A stretch of DNA of 64,000 bases. Origin: Bacteroidales bacterium. GTDB taxonomy: Bacteria; Bacteroidota; Bacteroidia; Bacteroidales; UBA12077. The translations under genes and the position numbers were made by a program. Shown in pieces: positions 37,333 through 47,470 of this stretch (position 1 is its first letter; each line of letters begins with the position of its first letter). Under the pieces are notes generated by a model. The model did no database searches. It saw nothing but the letters and a program-made list of their open reading frames with translations, and had not been told where the DNA came from. The stretch spans positions 32,001 through 96,000 of the forward strand of contig JANQHR010000047.1 of the NCBI GenBank assembly GCA_028282585.1. Reading direction: 5' to 3'.

Positions 37333-37393
37333 GTACATTTACCAATTATCTACATAGAATTAATTAAACAATTAAGTATAAAAATTAAGTAAA

Positions 37394-38968
37394 ATGACAG
37401 AAGTAATAAAAAAGACAATTAAGGATTCTACTGCTTTACGATGGTTAGTTTTAATTTTAATAAGTTCTTTATTATTTAGCACCTATTGGTTTCAGGATTT
37501 CTATGGAGGTCTAAAAGGATTAATGGAAAGTGAATTAGGCTATTCAAGTGAAGAATTTGGGCGAATTATTGGCTTAACAACAATTGCCAATATGTTTGGT
37601 ATGATTATTATTGGAGGTATGATCCTCGATAAGTGGGGGGTTCGTTTAGCCGGGCTTTTATTTGGAGGTTTAGCGGTTCTTGGAGGAGTTGTTTCTGCAC
37701 TGGCAACAGAAGGTTTTTTTGGTGAAGGGCATTCAACAATGTTAGGTTGGATGATCTTTGGGCGTATCCTATTTGGTTCAGGGCTTGAAGTTGTTTGTGT
37801 GGTTGTTAACCGTACTATAGTAAAGTGGTTTAAAGGCTATGAGCTTGCACTTGCAATGGCTATTAGCATGGGATTTGGGCGTTTAGGAAGTGCAATGGGT
37901 ATTGCCCTTTCTGGAGATATTGCAGGAGGAAATGTTTCAACAGCTGTATCCTTAGCAGCAACGATAATTGGAATCTCTTTATTATTATTCGTGATTTACC
38001 TTTTCTTTGATATGAAACTGGATAAGCAATTAAAATCTGAGAAACAGGGATCAAGCGATGATGAATTTAAGTTCTCTGATTTAATAAAGTTAATTTCTAA
38101 TAAGTCTTTCTTGTTTATCGCTTTATTATGTGTATCATTTTACGCGGCAGTGTTTCCATTTATCCAGTATGCTCCGGATTTATTAATTAATAAATTCAAC
38201 TTTTCAAATAATTTAGTTGCAGAAGGAAATATTATTTTATTTGGCAGTACAACATTAGGGAATGCAAGTGTTTATATAGCATTCTTTATCTTCGCCATTT
38301 TATTTTCCGTTGTTCCTGGAAAAATTGCTAACAAAACAAGTAGGTACACATTCATTGCCTTAGTTTTTGTTGTGTTTGTTGTATATATAGTTGGGATAAA
38401 AACTCAATTGAACATTTGGTTCCAAAATGGGCCAAAAACAGCAAGTTTAATACCTGTTGGAACAATTTTATTTACTCCAATTTTTGGAAACTTCGTTGAT
38501 AAAAAAGGTAAAGCAGCATCCCTTATGATTTTAGGAGCTCTGTTGTTGATATTTGCCCATGTATCATTATCGTTATTTAACAGTGTTTATTTAGCTTATT
38601 TAGGCCTATTTAGTTTGGGTGTAGCTTTTTCATTAGTTCCCGCAGCAATGTGGCCTTCTGTTGCTAAAATTGTTGCTGAATCAAGATTAGGCACTGCTTA
38701 TGCTTCAATGTTTACAGTCCAGAACTGGGGATTAGGGCTATTCTTTTGGGGAATCGGTGCGTTATTAGATTTTGTAAACAGGAATGACCTTGATGCAATT
38801 AGAGCGGGAGAAGCTAATTACAATTATACAATTCCGATTTTTATATTGGTAATTTGCGGTGTTATATCAATATTCCTGGCTTTTCTATTAAAGAAAGCAG
38901 ATAAAGAACAAGGTTACGGGCTTGAATTGCCTTCTGGAGTTGAAGCTCCAAACAAAGAAAATAATTAA
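37394..38968 (+). CDS. MFS transporter, MFSD1-like, paralogue 2 (extra TM insertion)
   Basis: Same motifs (KWFKGYELALAM, FSLVPAAMWPSV) plus a ~70-aa hydrophobic insertion. Confidence 0.9.
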   Translation: MTEVIKKTIKDSTALRWLVLILISSLLFSTYWFQDFYGGLKGLMESELGYSSEEFGRIIGLTTIANMFGMIIIGGMILDKWGVRLAGLLFGGLAVLGGVVSALATEGFFGEGHSTMLGWMIFGRILFGSGLEVVCVVVNRTIVKWFKGYELALAMAISMGFGRLGSAMGIALSGDIAGGNVSTAVSLAATIIGISLLLFVIYLFFDMKLDKQLKSEKQGSSDDEFKFSDLIKLISNKSFLFIALLCVSFYAAVFPFIQYAPDLLINKFNFSNNLVAEGNIILFGSTTLGNASVYIAFFIFAILFSVVPGKIANKTSRYTFIALVFVVFVVYIVGIKTQLNIWFQNGPKTASLIPVGTILFTPIFGNFVDKKGKAASLMILGALLLIFAHVSLSLFNSVYLAYLGLFSLGVAFSLVPAAMWPSVAKIVAESRLGTAYASMFTVQNWGLGLFFWGIGALLDFVNRNDLDAIRAGEANYNYTIPIFILVICGVISIFLAFLLKKADKEQGYGLELPSGVEAPNKENN

Positions 38969-38991
38969 ATTTATATATAACTTCATGTTTC

Positions 38992-39020
38992 AAAAGCTGC
39001 TTATCAAGGCAGCTTTTTTT
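38992..39020 (+). terminator. Intrinsic terminator
   Basis: AAAAGCTGCTT...AGGCAGCTTTTTTT. Confidence 0.75.
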
Positions 39021-39066
39021 ATTTTTATTTGTATCATTGTGATTCAAAAAATTAAATATTCTGAAT

Positions 39067-40449
39067 ATGTCTGATTTAAAAACAACTTTAAGAGATAATG
39101 CCTTATTAAGATGGCTTGTCTTATTACTTGGTGGTATAGTTATTTTTACCAATTATTACTTATATGATGCCCTTTCTCCAATAAAATCAATTTTAGAAAA
39201 GGATCTAGGATTTAATAGTCAAGGATATGGTTTATTTGTTTCGTTTTATTCGTTTCCGAACACCTTCCTTGCAATGGCTGTAATAGGAGGGATTATTTTG
39301 GATAAGCTTGGAATTAGAAAAACAGGTTTGTTATTTGTTAGTTTAATGGCAATTGGAGGATTGATAACGGCTTATGGAGCAAGCGAAATATATAAAAATG
39401 GCGGACCATTTTACAATTGGATGAATTCTTTTTGGACAAATTATTCACCCGAGTTAAAAATGATGAGTGTAGGTCGTTTCTTTTATGGCCTTGGCGCAGA
39501 AACAAGTATTGTTGTAATCAGTAAAATCTTAGTTAAATGGTTTAAAGGACGAAACCTGGCCTTAGCATTTGGATTAAAGATTGGTTTTGGTCGTTTAGGA
39601 ACTATGGCTGCTTTAAATTTATCTCCTTTATTGGCTATTGGTGAAGAAAAAGTAGGTTTTGCTGTTTGGTTCGCAGCAATTCTGGTAGGCATAGGATTAC
39701 TGGTTTTCTTCATTTATAGCGTCATGGATTTAACTTTAGACAAGCAAATAGAAAAATCAACAGAACTAACAAAACCAGATAAATTTGAGTTTAAAGACAT
39801 TATAGATTTACTTACAAATAAAACGTTTATTTATATTGCTATTTTATGTGTAACATTTTATTCTGCAGTATTTCCGTTTTTATCATTTGCAGCGGATTTT
39901 ATTCACAACAAATTTGGCGTATCGTTAGCATTAAGTGGACGAATTTCTTCCTTGGTGCCTTTAAGTACTGCAATTGTTACACCTTTGTTTGGATTTTTTA
40001 TCGACAGAAAAGGGAAAAGTGCTTCTGTAATGATTTTCGGATCAGTAATACTTTTATTAGTTCATTTAACTTTCGGATTAACCAATGCTTCACCTTATTT
40101 GCCTATGATCTTACTGGGCATTGCCTTTAGTTTAGTGCCAGCTTCGATGTGGCCAACAGTTGTTAAATTGGTTGACGAATCAAAAATCGGAACAGCATAT
40201 GGTTTGATGTATTCTATTCAAAATTTGGGATTATGGGCATTTCCAATAATTGCAGGGAATATATTAGATAAAACAAACCCAGGAGTTTCAGATGCGATAA
40301 AAGCGGGTGAAAATGTTTCATATGATTATACACAAACTATGTTAATGTTTGCTTTATTGGGACTTGTCGGAGTAATATTCGCTTTTCTTTTAAAACATAT
40401 CGATAAGAAAGAGGGGCTGGGGATTGAACTCCCATTAAATAAAAAGTAA
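39067..40449 (+). CDS. MFS transporter, MFSD1-like, paralogue 3
   Basis: GIILDKLGIR, KWFKGRNLALAFG, FSLVPASMWPTV. Confidence 0.9.
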   Translation: MSDLKTTLRDNALLRWLVLLLGGIVIFTNYYLYDALSPIKSILEKDLGFNSQGYGLFVSFYSFPNTFLAMAVIGGIILDKLGIRKTGLLFVSLMAIGGLITAYGASEIYKNGGPFYNWMNSFWTNYSPELKMMSVGRFFYGLGAETSIVVISKILVKWFKGRNLALAFGLKIGFGRLGTMAALNLSPLLAIGEEKVGFAVWFAAILVGIGLLVFFIYSVMDLTLDKQIEKSTELTKPDKFEFKDIIDLLTNKTFIYIAILCVTFYSAVFPFLSFAADFIHNKFGVSLALSGRISSLVPLSTAIVTPLFGFFIDRKGKSASVMIFGSVILLLVHLTFGLTNASPYLPMILLGIAFSLVPASMWPTVVKLVDESKIGTAYGLMYSIQNLGLWAFPIIAGNILDKTNPGVSDAIKAGENVSYDYTQTMLMFALLGLVGVIFAFLLKHIDKKEGLGIELPLNKK

Positions 40450-40535
40450 AGATTATGATAGGTTAACCTTTTGATCGGTGCTTTTTAAATGTATAATTCT
40501 TAAACTGTATAACTAACCAAACATTAAATGTAAAA

Positions 40536-40943
40536 ATGAGCTTTATTACCTGGAAAGATAGTTTTTCTGTTGGTGTTCATTCGATAAACGATCAACATAA
40601 GAAATTAGTTGAAATGATCAATAATTTCTACACAGAGTTTTATAATGGAATAACTGATGAGTTCCTTAAAGTATTAATTGGTGACTTGGAGAAATATGCA
40701 GTTTACCACTTTTCTTACGAAGAAAAGTTTATGAAAATTTATAATTACGATGATTTAAAAGTGCATGAGGCTGAACATCAAAAGTTCGTCGAAGAAATCA
40801 AAAATTATAAAGAAATTGTATCTGTTAAAAACAAGACAGCTGTAATAGATTTGGCAACTTATCTTAAAAATTGGTTGTTTAAACACATTATGGGAACAGA
40901 CAAGAAATATTCGAAGTTGTTTCAGGAAAAAGGAATGAACTAG
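40536..40943 (+). CDS. Bacteriohemerythrin
   Basis: WKDSFSVG, DQHKKL, HFSYEE, HEAEHQKF, WLFKHIMGTD. Confidence 0.93.
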   Translation: MSFITWKDSFSVGVHSINDQHKKLVEMINNFYTEFYNGITDEFLKVLIGDLEKYAVYHFSYEEKFMKIYNYDDLKVHEAEHQKFVEEIKNYKEIVSVKNKTAVIDLATYLKNWLFKHIMGTDKKYSKLFQEKGMN

Positions 40944-40955
40944 TAATGAAAAAGT

Positions 40956-40983
40956 AAAGGCTCGAGTTATTCGAGCCTTTTTT
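40956..40983. terminator. Bidirectional terminator
   Basis: AAAGGCTCGA...TCGAGCCTTTTTT. Confidence 0.8.
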
Positions 40984-41000
40984 ATCTTATTTGGTTTTTT

Positions 41001-43988
41001 TTAGTAAATTACTGTATAGATATCATTAAATAAATCTTTATTTTCTTTGATCTTATTTTCGTTTCCATAAACGCAAATTGCATTTTGGTCTAAAATATCT
41101 CTAATCATCCCTTCAAAATTTTTGATATCTTCTAGTTTAGTTCCTAATACCGCAGTTCTTTCAGCTTGAAGTTCCTCTAAAGTAGTATTTCTGAAATACC
41201 TTCCATAGGCTATTCTACCTCTTTGAGAGGCAGTGTTTGGACGATCCATTCTTGCTATTGTTCCAATAATGAATCTTGTCATTTCGTTTTCATCAGCATC
41301 AAATTCACTTAAGAATTCAGGAGTTGCATCATAATTTTCAAGGGTTTTAGAAAGATTTGGATCACGGTATGATGCAAAAAATGCTTCACCGGAATTATAG
41401 AATCCTGCAAAACCTCCATAAGCTCCACCCATTACACGAACTCTGTTTTGTAACCAGTCTCTCGAGATAATTTGATTTAAAACACGCATTTTACCATCCC
41501 ATTCATAACCAAGCTTCTTAAAGTTGTATCCTTTAAGAACATACTGAACTTTTGAAGCAGACATTAACCCTTCATTTTTTGGAGTCAATTCGAATGTCCA
41601 TTCACTAATTTCTCCATCTCCTTCTGGTATAGCCGAAGTTAATACGTTCAATGCTTCTATATACGATTGATATTGATCTTTAGAACATGTTACGGCAGCA
41701 ATCATATTTTTCTGGGTAAAAAGAATGTTAGCTGTTTTTGCTAGTTTTTCAGAAATTTCTTTTTGTTTTTCATTAAAATTCGTAGTTAGATCAGTGATAA
41801 ATCTATAATACTCCAAACCATTAGTAAGTTCATTGAACATACCTTCATTTGAATGGTAAGAATTTAACCTGGTCATGGCATAACGTAAACCAGAATTTTT
41901 AACGTTTGATTCTGTTCTTGATTGATGACGAATTAAAACATCCTTTAATCTTTCAGCATCATCAAATTTTGATTTATTGATGATTTCTTCAGTAAGTTCA
42001 AACATTTTTGCCCCTTTTTCTGTAAAGGCTTTAGATCTAACTACTAAGTATGGTTTAAGTTTATCAACAGATTCATCTTCTAAATAAGTATTTAGGTAAG
42101 TATAAAAACCTCCTGTATGAATATTTAGCTCATTATCTAATTCTCCAAATGTATAGTTGTCAGTATTTAATAAACCCAGAACTTCAGATAAAAGAGTGCC
42201 GTATGGAATTAACTCTTGTGGAAGTGCGCGGAGATCAAAAAATAAGTTTGTATACACTATATTACTCGTAAAGTCTTCGAGATATAAAACCGGGATACTT
42301 CCTGCTTTTTTCTCTTCTAAAGAATACCATTCAACTTCAGGGTTAATGTCAGAAAGTGATAGCATCGGAATCGTAGCAAGAGCTTCAGGAGAATCTTCTC
42401 TTTGTTGGTATTCTCTTAATTCTTTTGTTTCCTGCACTAATTTTTCTAATTCTTCTTTACTTAAGCTCGCTTTGTAATCGGCAAGTTCTTTTCTGGTTTT
42501 TTCTGCAATTTGTTTTTCTAAACCAGGTTCTGGTTTTAATACCATTAATAAAGCATGAGGGTTATTAATGAAATGTTCCTTTATAATATCTTCCAATAAA
42601 CCATTTTTAATACCTTCTTTTACTTTAGCAAGTGGCTTTTCAAATTCTAACCCTACAAAAGGATCTTCGTCAAAGAACCATCCATTGTAACTTCTCATCG
42701 CATACCATAATCCTTTTTGAGGAGTATCGCCTTCGCGCATATTAAACTCCCAACGATTAATTATTCCGCTAATCATTTTATCTTCAAAGCCTTCTTTACT
42801 AACTTTCTCTAAAGTTTCATAAATGATTTCATCAAACCTGTCTTTATCTTCAGGATTTGCATTTTGAACTCTGATTTGGAAAATATTTTGCTTTGAATTA
42901 TCCACAAAAGCTCGGATTTCTTTACCTATTTCGGCTTCCTGTAACGCAAGCCTAATTGGAGCTGATTCATGGTTTACCAAAGCTTCGCTAAGTATGTTAA
43001 GAGCCATTACTAATTCTTCATCAGTATTTAACCCGGTAACAAAAAATTTACCTAAATAAGTATTATCTGCGGTTGGGCTTCCTTCTGGAACGGCATAAGG
43101 TTTTATAGCTTCTTTTTTTGCTTCAAAAGGTTTTTGTAATGGAATTTCTATCTTTTTATCAGATTTATCATAGTTAGAGAAATACTCCCTATCGATAAAT
43201 TCTAACTCTTTATTTAAGTCAGCATCACCATATAATAAAGTGTAGCTATTAGATGGGTGATAGAATTTTTTATGAAATTCTTTAAAATATTCATAAGTGA
43301 GCCCAGGGATTTCAGTAGGATAACCACCTGAAGAAACTCCATAAGTATTATCAGGGAATAAAATTCTTTCAGCCTGGAAACCTAATTCTCTTGCTGGATT
43401 TGAAAAAGCACCTTTCATTTCATTATAAACAACACCTTTGTAAACAATTTCTCCATCAATGTCATCCAATTCATAATGCCAGCCTTCTTGCTTGAGAACA
43501 CGAGGATCTTCATGCAAGATAGGATTGAAAACTGCATCTAAATAAACGTGCATTAAATTAAAATAATCTTTGTCATTCATACTTGCAACGGGATAAAGTG
43601 TAATATCCGATCCAGTCATTGCATTAAGGAAAGTATTCAAAGATCCTTTAGCCAAAACATCAAACGGACTTTTAACAGGAAAGTTTTTTGATCCGTTTAA
43701 TACAGAATGTTCCATGATATGTGGTGTTCCATAATCATGTTCTGGGACTGTTTTAAAAGCAATATTGAAAAGTTTGTTATTATCATCAGCAGCGATTTTT
43801 AATAATCTTGCACCACTTTTTTCATGGATGAAATATAAACATTCAGAGTTAACTTCTTCAACAAATTTCTTTTCTACCAATTTAAAACCATGGTAGACAT
43901 TTCCAACTTTAAAGTTAGATCCGGAATTACAAGCCCATAGCACGCTAATAAGACTTACCAGGACCAAATAAAAAAATCGATTTCTCAT
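41001..43988 (-). CDS. M16C (presequence protease-like) zinc metallopeptidase, predicted lipoprotein
   Basis: Lipobox LWAC; HIMEH; FLNAMT; GVVYNEMKG; RVMGGAYG; SYRDP. Confidence 0.93.
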   Translation of the reverse strand: MRNRFFYLVLVSLISVLWACNSGSNFKVGNVYHGFKLVEKKFVEEVNSECLYFIHEKSGARLLKIAADDNNKLFNIAFKTVPEHDYGTPHIMEHSVLNGSKNFPVKSPFDVLAKGSLNTFLNAMTGSDITLYPVASMNDKDYFNLMHVYLDAVFNPILHEDPRVLKQEGWHYELDDIDGEIVYKGVVYNEMKGAFSNPARELGFQAERILFPDNTYGVSSGGYPTEIPGLTYEYFKEFHKKFYHPSNSYTLLYGDADLNKELEFIDREYFSNYDKSDKKIEIPLQKPFEAKKEAIKPYAVPEGSPTADNTYLGKFFVTGLNTDEELVMALNILSEALVNHESAPIRLALQEAEIGKEIRAFVDNSKQNIFQIRVQNANPEDKDRFDEIIYETLEKVSKEGFEDKMISGIINRWEFNMREGDTPQKGLWYAMRSYNGWFFDEDPFVGLEFEKPLAKVKEGIKNGLLEDIIKEHFINNPHALLMVLKPEPGLEKQIAEKTRKELADYKASLSKEELEKLVQETKELREYQQREDSPEALATIPMLSLSDINPEVEWYSLEEKKAGSIPVLYLEDFTSNIVYTNLFFDLRALPQELIPYGTLLSEVLGLLNTDNYTFGELDNELNIHTGGFYTYLNTYLEDESVDKLKPYLVVRSKAFTEKGAKMFELTEEIINKSKFDDAERLKDVLIRHQSRTESNVKNSGLRYAMTRLNSYHSNEGMFNELTNGLEYYRFITDLTTNFNEKQKEISEKLAKTANILFTQKNMIAAVTCSKDQYQSYIEALNVLTSAIPEGDGEISEWTFELTPKNEGLMSASKVQYVLKGYNFKKLGYEWDGKMRVLNQIISRDWLQNRVRVMGGAYGGFAGFYNSGEAFFASYRDPNLSKTLENYDATPEFLSEFDADENEMTRFIIGTIARMDRPNTASQRGRIAYGRYFRNTTLEELQAERTAVLGTKLEDIKNFEGMIRDILDQNAICVYGNENKIKENKDLFNDIYTVIY

Positions 43989-44158
43989 TTTTTTAAAATT
44001 TTTAAATTATCGGTTAATAATTAACTGTTTTAGGGTTTGAAATGTTAAAAGTACAATATTTTTTATTGATAAATAATAAAACAATCATTTTAACATTTTA
44101 TTTTTACTTTTTGTTTACATTGGAAATCCAATAAATAGACCTCACTAAATAAAAAAAG

Positions 44159-44839
44159 TTGCACCTTAAAATAATACATAGAGATGAATGTTTGATTGCA
44201 ATTAATAAACCACATGGTTTATTAGTTCATAAATCTTCTTATGCCAAAAATGTAAATGAGTTTGCCGTTCAGTTGTTAAGGGATCAAGTTGGGAGAAAAG
44301 TTTATCCATGTCATAGAATTGACAGAAAAACAGGAGGAGTCTTGCTTTTTGCTTTGAATAATGAAACAAACAGTCAGGTGCAAACACTTTTTGCCCAAAA
44401 TAAAATTAAGAAGAAATATTTGGCAATTGTAAGGGGATACACCCTCAAAAGCGGAGTAATTAACTATCCTCTTACTAACGAAAAAGGAAAAATACAAGAC
44501 GCAGTTACGGTTTATGAGACATTAAAACAATCAGAATTAAATATTCCAGCAGGTAAATTTGAAACTTCGCGTTATTCATTAGTTGAATTGTTACCACAAA
44601 CTGGTAGAATGCATCAAATTCGAAAACATTTTGCTCATATCATGCATCCAATTATAGGAGATCGCCCACATGGTTGTAATAAACAGAATAAAATTTTTAA
44701 AGAGAAATTTAAAATGACATCTATGATGCTTCATGCCGTGGAATTAAAATTTGCCCATCCAAAAACGGATCAGGAAATTACAATAAGTGCAAATTTGCAA
44801 GATGAATTTAAAAGAACAAAAAAAATATTAAATCTATGA
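44159..44839 (+). CDS. truC: tRNA pseudouridine synthase C (RluA family)
   Basis: NKPHGLLVH, HRIDRKTGG, TGRMHQIRKHF, HPIIGDRPHG. Confidence 0.85.
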   Translation: MHLKIIHRDECLIAINKPHGLLVHKSSYAKNVNEFAVQLLRDQVGRKVYPCHRIDRKTGGVLLFALNNETNSQVQTLFAQNKIKKKYLAIVRGYTLKSGVINYPLTNEKGKIQDAVTVYETLKQSELNIPAGKFETSRYSLVELLPQTGRMHQIRKHFAHIMHPIIGDRPHGCNKQNKIFKEKFKMTSMMLHAVELKFAHPKTDQEITISANLQDEFKRTKKILNL

Positions 44840-44843
44840 GAAA

Positions 44844-44872
44844 ACTCCTGTTTCAATTTCAAAAACAGGAGT
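44844..44872. terminator. Hairpin between convergent genes
   Basis: ACTCCTGTTT...AAACAGGAGT. Confidence 0.65.
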
Positions 44873-44919
44873 AAAGTACTAACCTAAAGCGAAGTTGCGA
44901 AAGAAAACTAAAATTAACT

Positions 44920-46755
44920 TTATAAGTGTTGCGATAATTTTATTAGTTGAATAAACTCACTTCTATATCCTTCTTTATCATTACCTTTAGAGCTTTGAGC
45001 CAAATCAATAACGGACTTATATGTTATATCTCCCTTATGTTCGGAATTACGAAGTAACATTCCAAAACTAGCAACCGCCGCAGAAAACTTAAAGTTGTCA
45101 GACATTTCATGGATGTATTGATCTTTGAAAGGAATAACTTCTTCAAGCAAAATGCTTTTATGCCCGTCTGGTTTTTTATACCTGAATTTAACGGTTGCAA
45201 CTTCATCGCCTTCTTTAGCCAGATTATTTAAATTAGATGTTTGATACTTTAAGGTGTTCTTTTTCAAAGATTCTTTATTGGCAACCTTTATTTCATATAA
45301 AGCGGTTACAGTGTGTCCGGAACCTAATTCACCCGCATCTTTTTTATCATCTTCGAAATCTTCATCATTTAGCAAACGGTTTTCATAACCTATTAGCCTG
45401 TAAGATTCAACAATAGCGGGATTAAATTCAATTTGTATTTTAACATCCTTAGCAATGGTAAATAAAGTTCCTCCAAATTCATTTACAAGAACTTTCTTAG
45501 CTTCCATAATATTATCTATGTAAGCATAGTTGCCATTTCCTTTATCTGCAATAATTTCCATTTTGTTATCCTGGTAGTTGCCCATTCCAAAGCCAAGAAC
45601 AGAGATGAATATTCCTTTTTCAAGTTCTTTTTCAATTAATCTCTCCATTTCTGCATTGCTTGATTGTCCAACATTAAAATCGCCATCGGTTGCAAGAATA
45701 ATTCTATTGTTTCCATCTTTAATGAAATTTTCCGTAGCAACCTGATATGCAAGTTTTAAACCTGCAGCTCCAGCAGTTGAACCACCGGCATTTAACCTTT
45801 CCAATGATTCAATAATTTTTTGTTTATTGCTACCTTTAGTTGAAGGTAATACTAAACCTGAACTTCCGGCATATACAACAATTGCAACACGATCCTCTTC
45901 TCTTAACTGATGAACTAATAACTTAAATGCTTTTTTTAGTAAAGGCAATTTGTTTTGTGAACTCATTGAACCCGAAACATCAAGTAAGAATACTATATTA
46001 GAAGGAGGTAAATTATTCATAGCAATTTTTTCACCTTGTAATCCTATATGTAAAAGCATGTTTTCTTCATTCCACGGGCAATGTGCCAGCTCTTGATAAA
46101 TAGCAAACGGATGATTATTGTCTGGTTGTGGGTAATCATAATTGAAATAGTTAATCATTTCTTCAATTCGAACAGCATCAACCGGAGGCTTTTGTCCATT
46201 ATTTAAAAAACGGCGAACGTTTGCATAAGAAGCCGCATCAACATCGATTGAAAAAGTTGAAAGCGGTGATTTAATAGCTTCTTTAAATCCATTCTCATGA
46301 ATTGTAGAATAACCTTCTCTATTAAAAGGTTCTTGAGGATTAACATACATGATGGCACCAGCTGACATTTCGCAATTGGCATATGACCTTTTCTGTCTGG
46401 ATGCTCTTAGACCTTTTACTTTACTACTTAGTCCTGTTACGATGACTTCATCCATTGCGAGTATTTCAGGTTCCATGGAGATATTAATAATGGTCTGATT
46501 TTCAACTTTTATTTCGGTTGTTTTCATACCTACAAAGCTAAAAACTAAAATATCCTCATTGTAGGCTTCAATAGAGTATCTTCCATCTATATTAGTAGTT
46601 GTACCAATACTTGGGTTATTTTTTAGAATCACCGAAACTCCTGGTATTGCTAATCCATCATCCATACTTATTACAGTTCCTGTGATGGTTCGAGCACTTA
46701 AATTTATACTTATAAGTACTGCTAAAATCGAGATAATAAATACATTTTTTTTCAT
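44920..46755 (-). CDS. YfbK-like vWA protein with N-terminal CarboxypepD_reg domain
   Basis: STFSIDVDAASY, LLDVSGSM (MIDAS), ATDGDFNVG, YRLIGYENR, C-terminal DUF3520-like region. Confidence 0.92.
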   Translation of the reverse strand: MKKNVFIISILAVLISINLSARTITGTVISMDDGLAIPGVSVILKNNPSIGTTTNIDGRYSIEAYNEDILVFSFVGMKTTEIKVENQTIINISMEPEILAMDEVIVTGLSSKVKGLRASRQKRSYANCEMSAGAIMYVNPQEPFNREGYSTIHENGFKEAIKSPLSTFSIDVDAASYANVRRFLNNGQKPPVDAVRIEEMINYFNYDYPQPDNNHPFAIYQELAHCPWNEENMLLHIGLQGEKIAMNNLPPSNIVFLLDVSGSMSSQNKLPLLKKAFKLLVHQLREEDRVAIVVYAGSSGLVLPSTKGSNKQKIIESLERLNAGGSTAGAAGLKLAYQVATENFIKDGNNRIILATDGDFNVGQSSNAEMERLIEKELEKGIFISVLGFGMGNYQDNKMEIIADKGNGNYAYIDNIMEAKKVLVNEFGGTLFTIAKDVKIQIEFNPAIVESYRLIGYENRLLNDEDFEDDKKDAGELGSGHTVTALYEIKVANKESLKKNTLKYQTSNLNNLAKEGDEVATVKFRYKKPDGHKSILLEEVIPFKDQYIHEMSDNFKFSAAVASFGMLLRNSEHKGDITYKSVIDLAQSSKGNDKEGYRSEFIQLIKLSQHL

Positions 46756-46879
46756 AACTTTAAAATTTAGAAATTATTAATTCGTTTTCTTAAAGGGTGC
46801 AGATAAAGAAAAAATTCCATAAAAACGGTTATTTTTTTTTGCGATTAATTATTAAAAGCCTGTGGTTTAGAATTTTATA

Positions 46880-47470
46880 ATGCAAAGAGCAAATAGAAAT
46901 ATCAATTCAACATCCGATTCTGAGCTGCTAAATCAATATTTGAAATCTGGAAATCTGGAAATCTTAGGTGAGTTATATAATAATTATATACACCTTGTTT
47001 ATGGGGTATGTTTAAAATATTTAAATGATCGTGAAGAAAGTAAAGATGCTGTAAACAAGATATTTGAAAATCTAATTATAGAAATTCCTAAATTTGAGAT
47101 ACAAAATTTCCGAAGCTGGTTATATGTGGTTACAAAGAACTATTGCTTAATGCAAATTCGAAAAAAGAAGATAGAAAAAAAACGATTTGAAAAATATTCT
47201 GAAGATTTTTTTATGGATTCGACAGATATTTCGCATCCTATTGATGAAGCTTCGGATGATGATTTACATGAAAATCTGAAAAACTGCCTCGAAAGGCTAA
47301 AACAGGAACAAAAGCAATGTATTGTATTGTTTTATTTTAATAAAAAGTGCTATAAAGAAATTTCAAATGAGTTGAATCTTGAGCAAAAAAAAGTAAAAAG
47401 TTTTATACAAAATGGGAAACGGAATTTAAAGATATGTTTGGAAGAATATAAAGAAAAACAAAATGTCTAA
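46880..47470 (+). CDS. ECF sigma-70 factor
   Basis: LVYGVCLKYL...FRSWLYVVTKNYCL; YKEIS...VKSFIQNGKRNLK. Confidence 0.92.
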   Translation: MQRANRNINSTSDSELLNQYLKSGNLEILGELYNNYIHLVYGVCLKYLNDREESKDAVNKIFENLIIEIPKFEIQNFRSWLYVVTKNYCLMQIRKKKIEKKRFEKYSEDFFMDSTDISHPIDEASDDDLHENLKNCLERLKQEQKQCIVLFYFNKKCYKEISNELNLEQKKVKSFIQNGKRNLKICLEEYKEKQNV

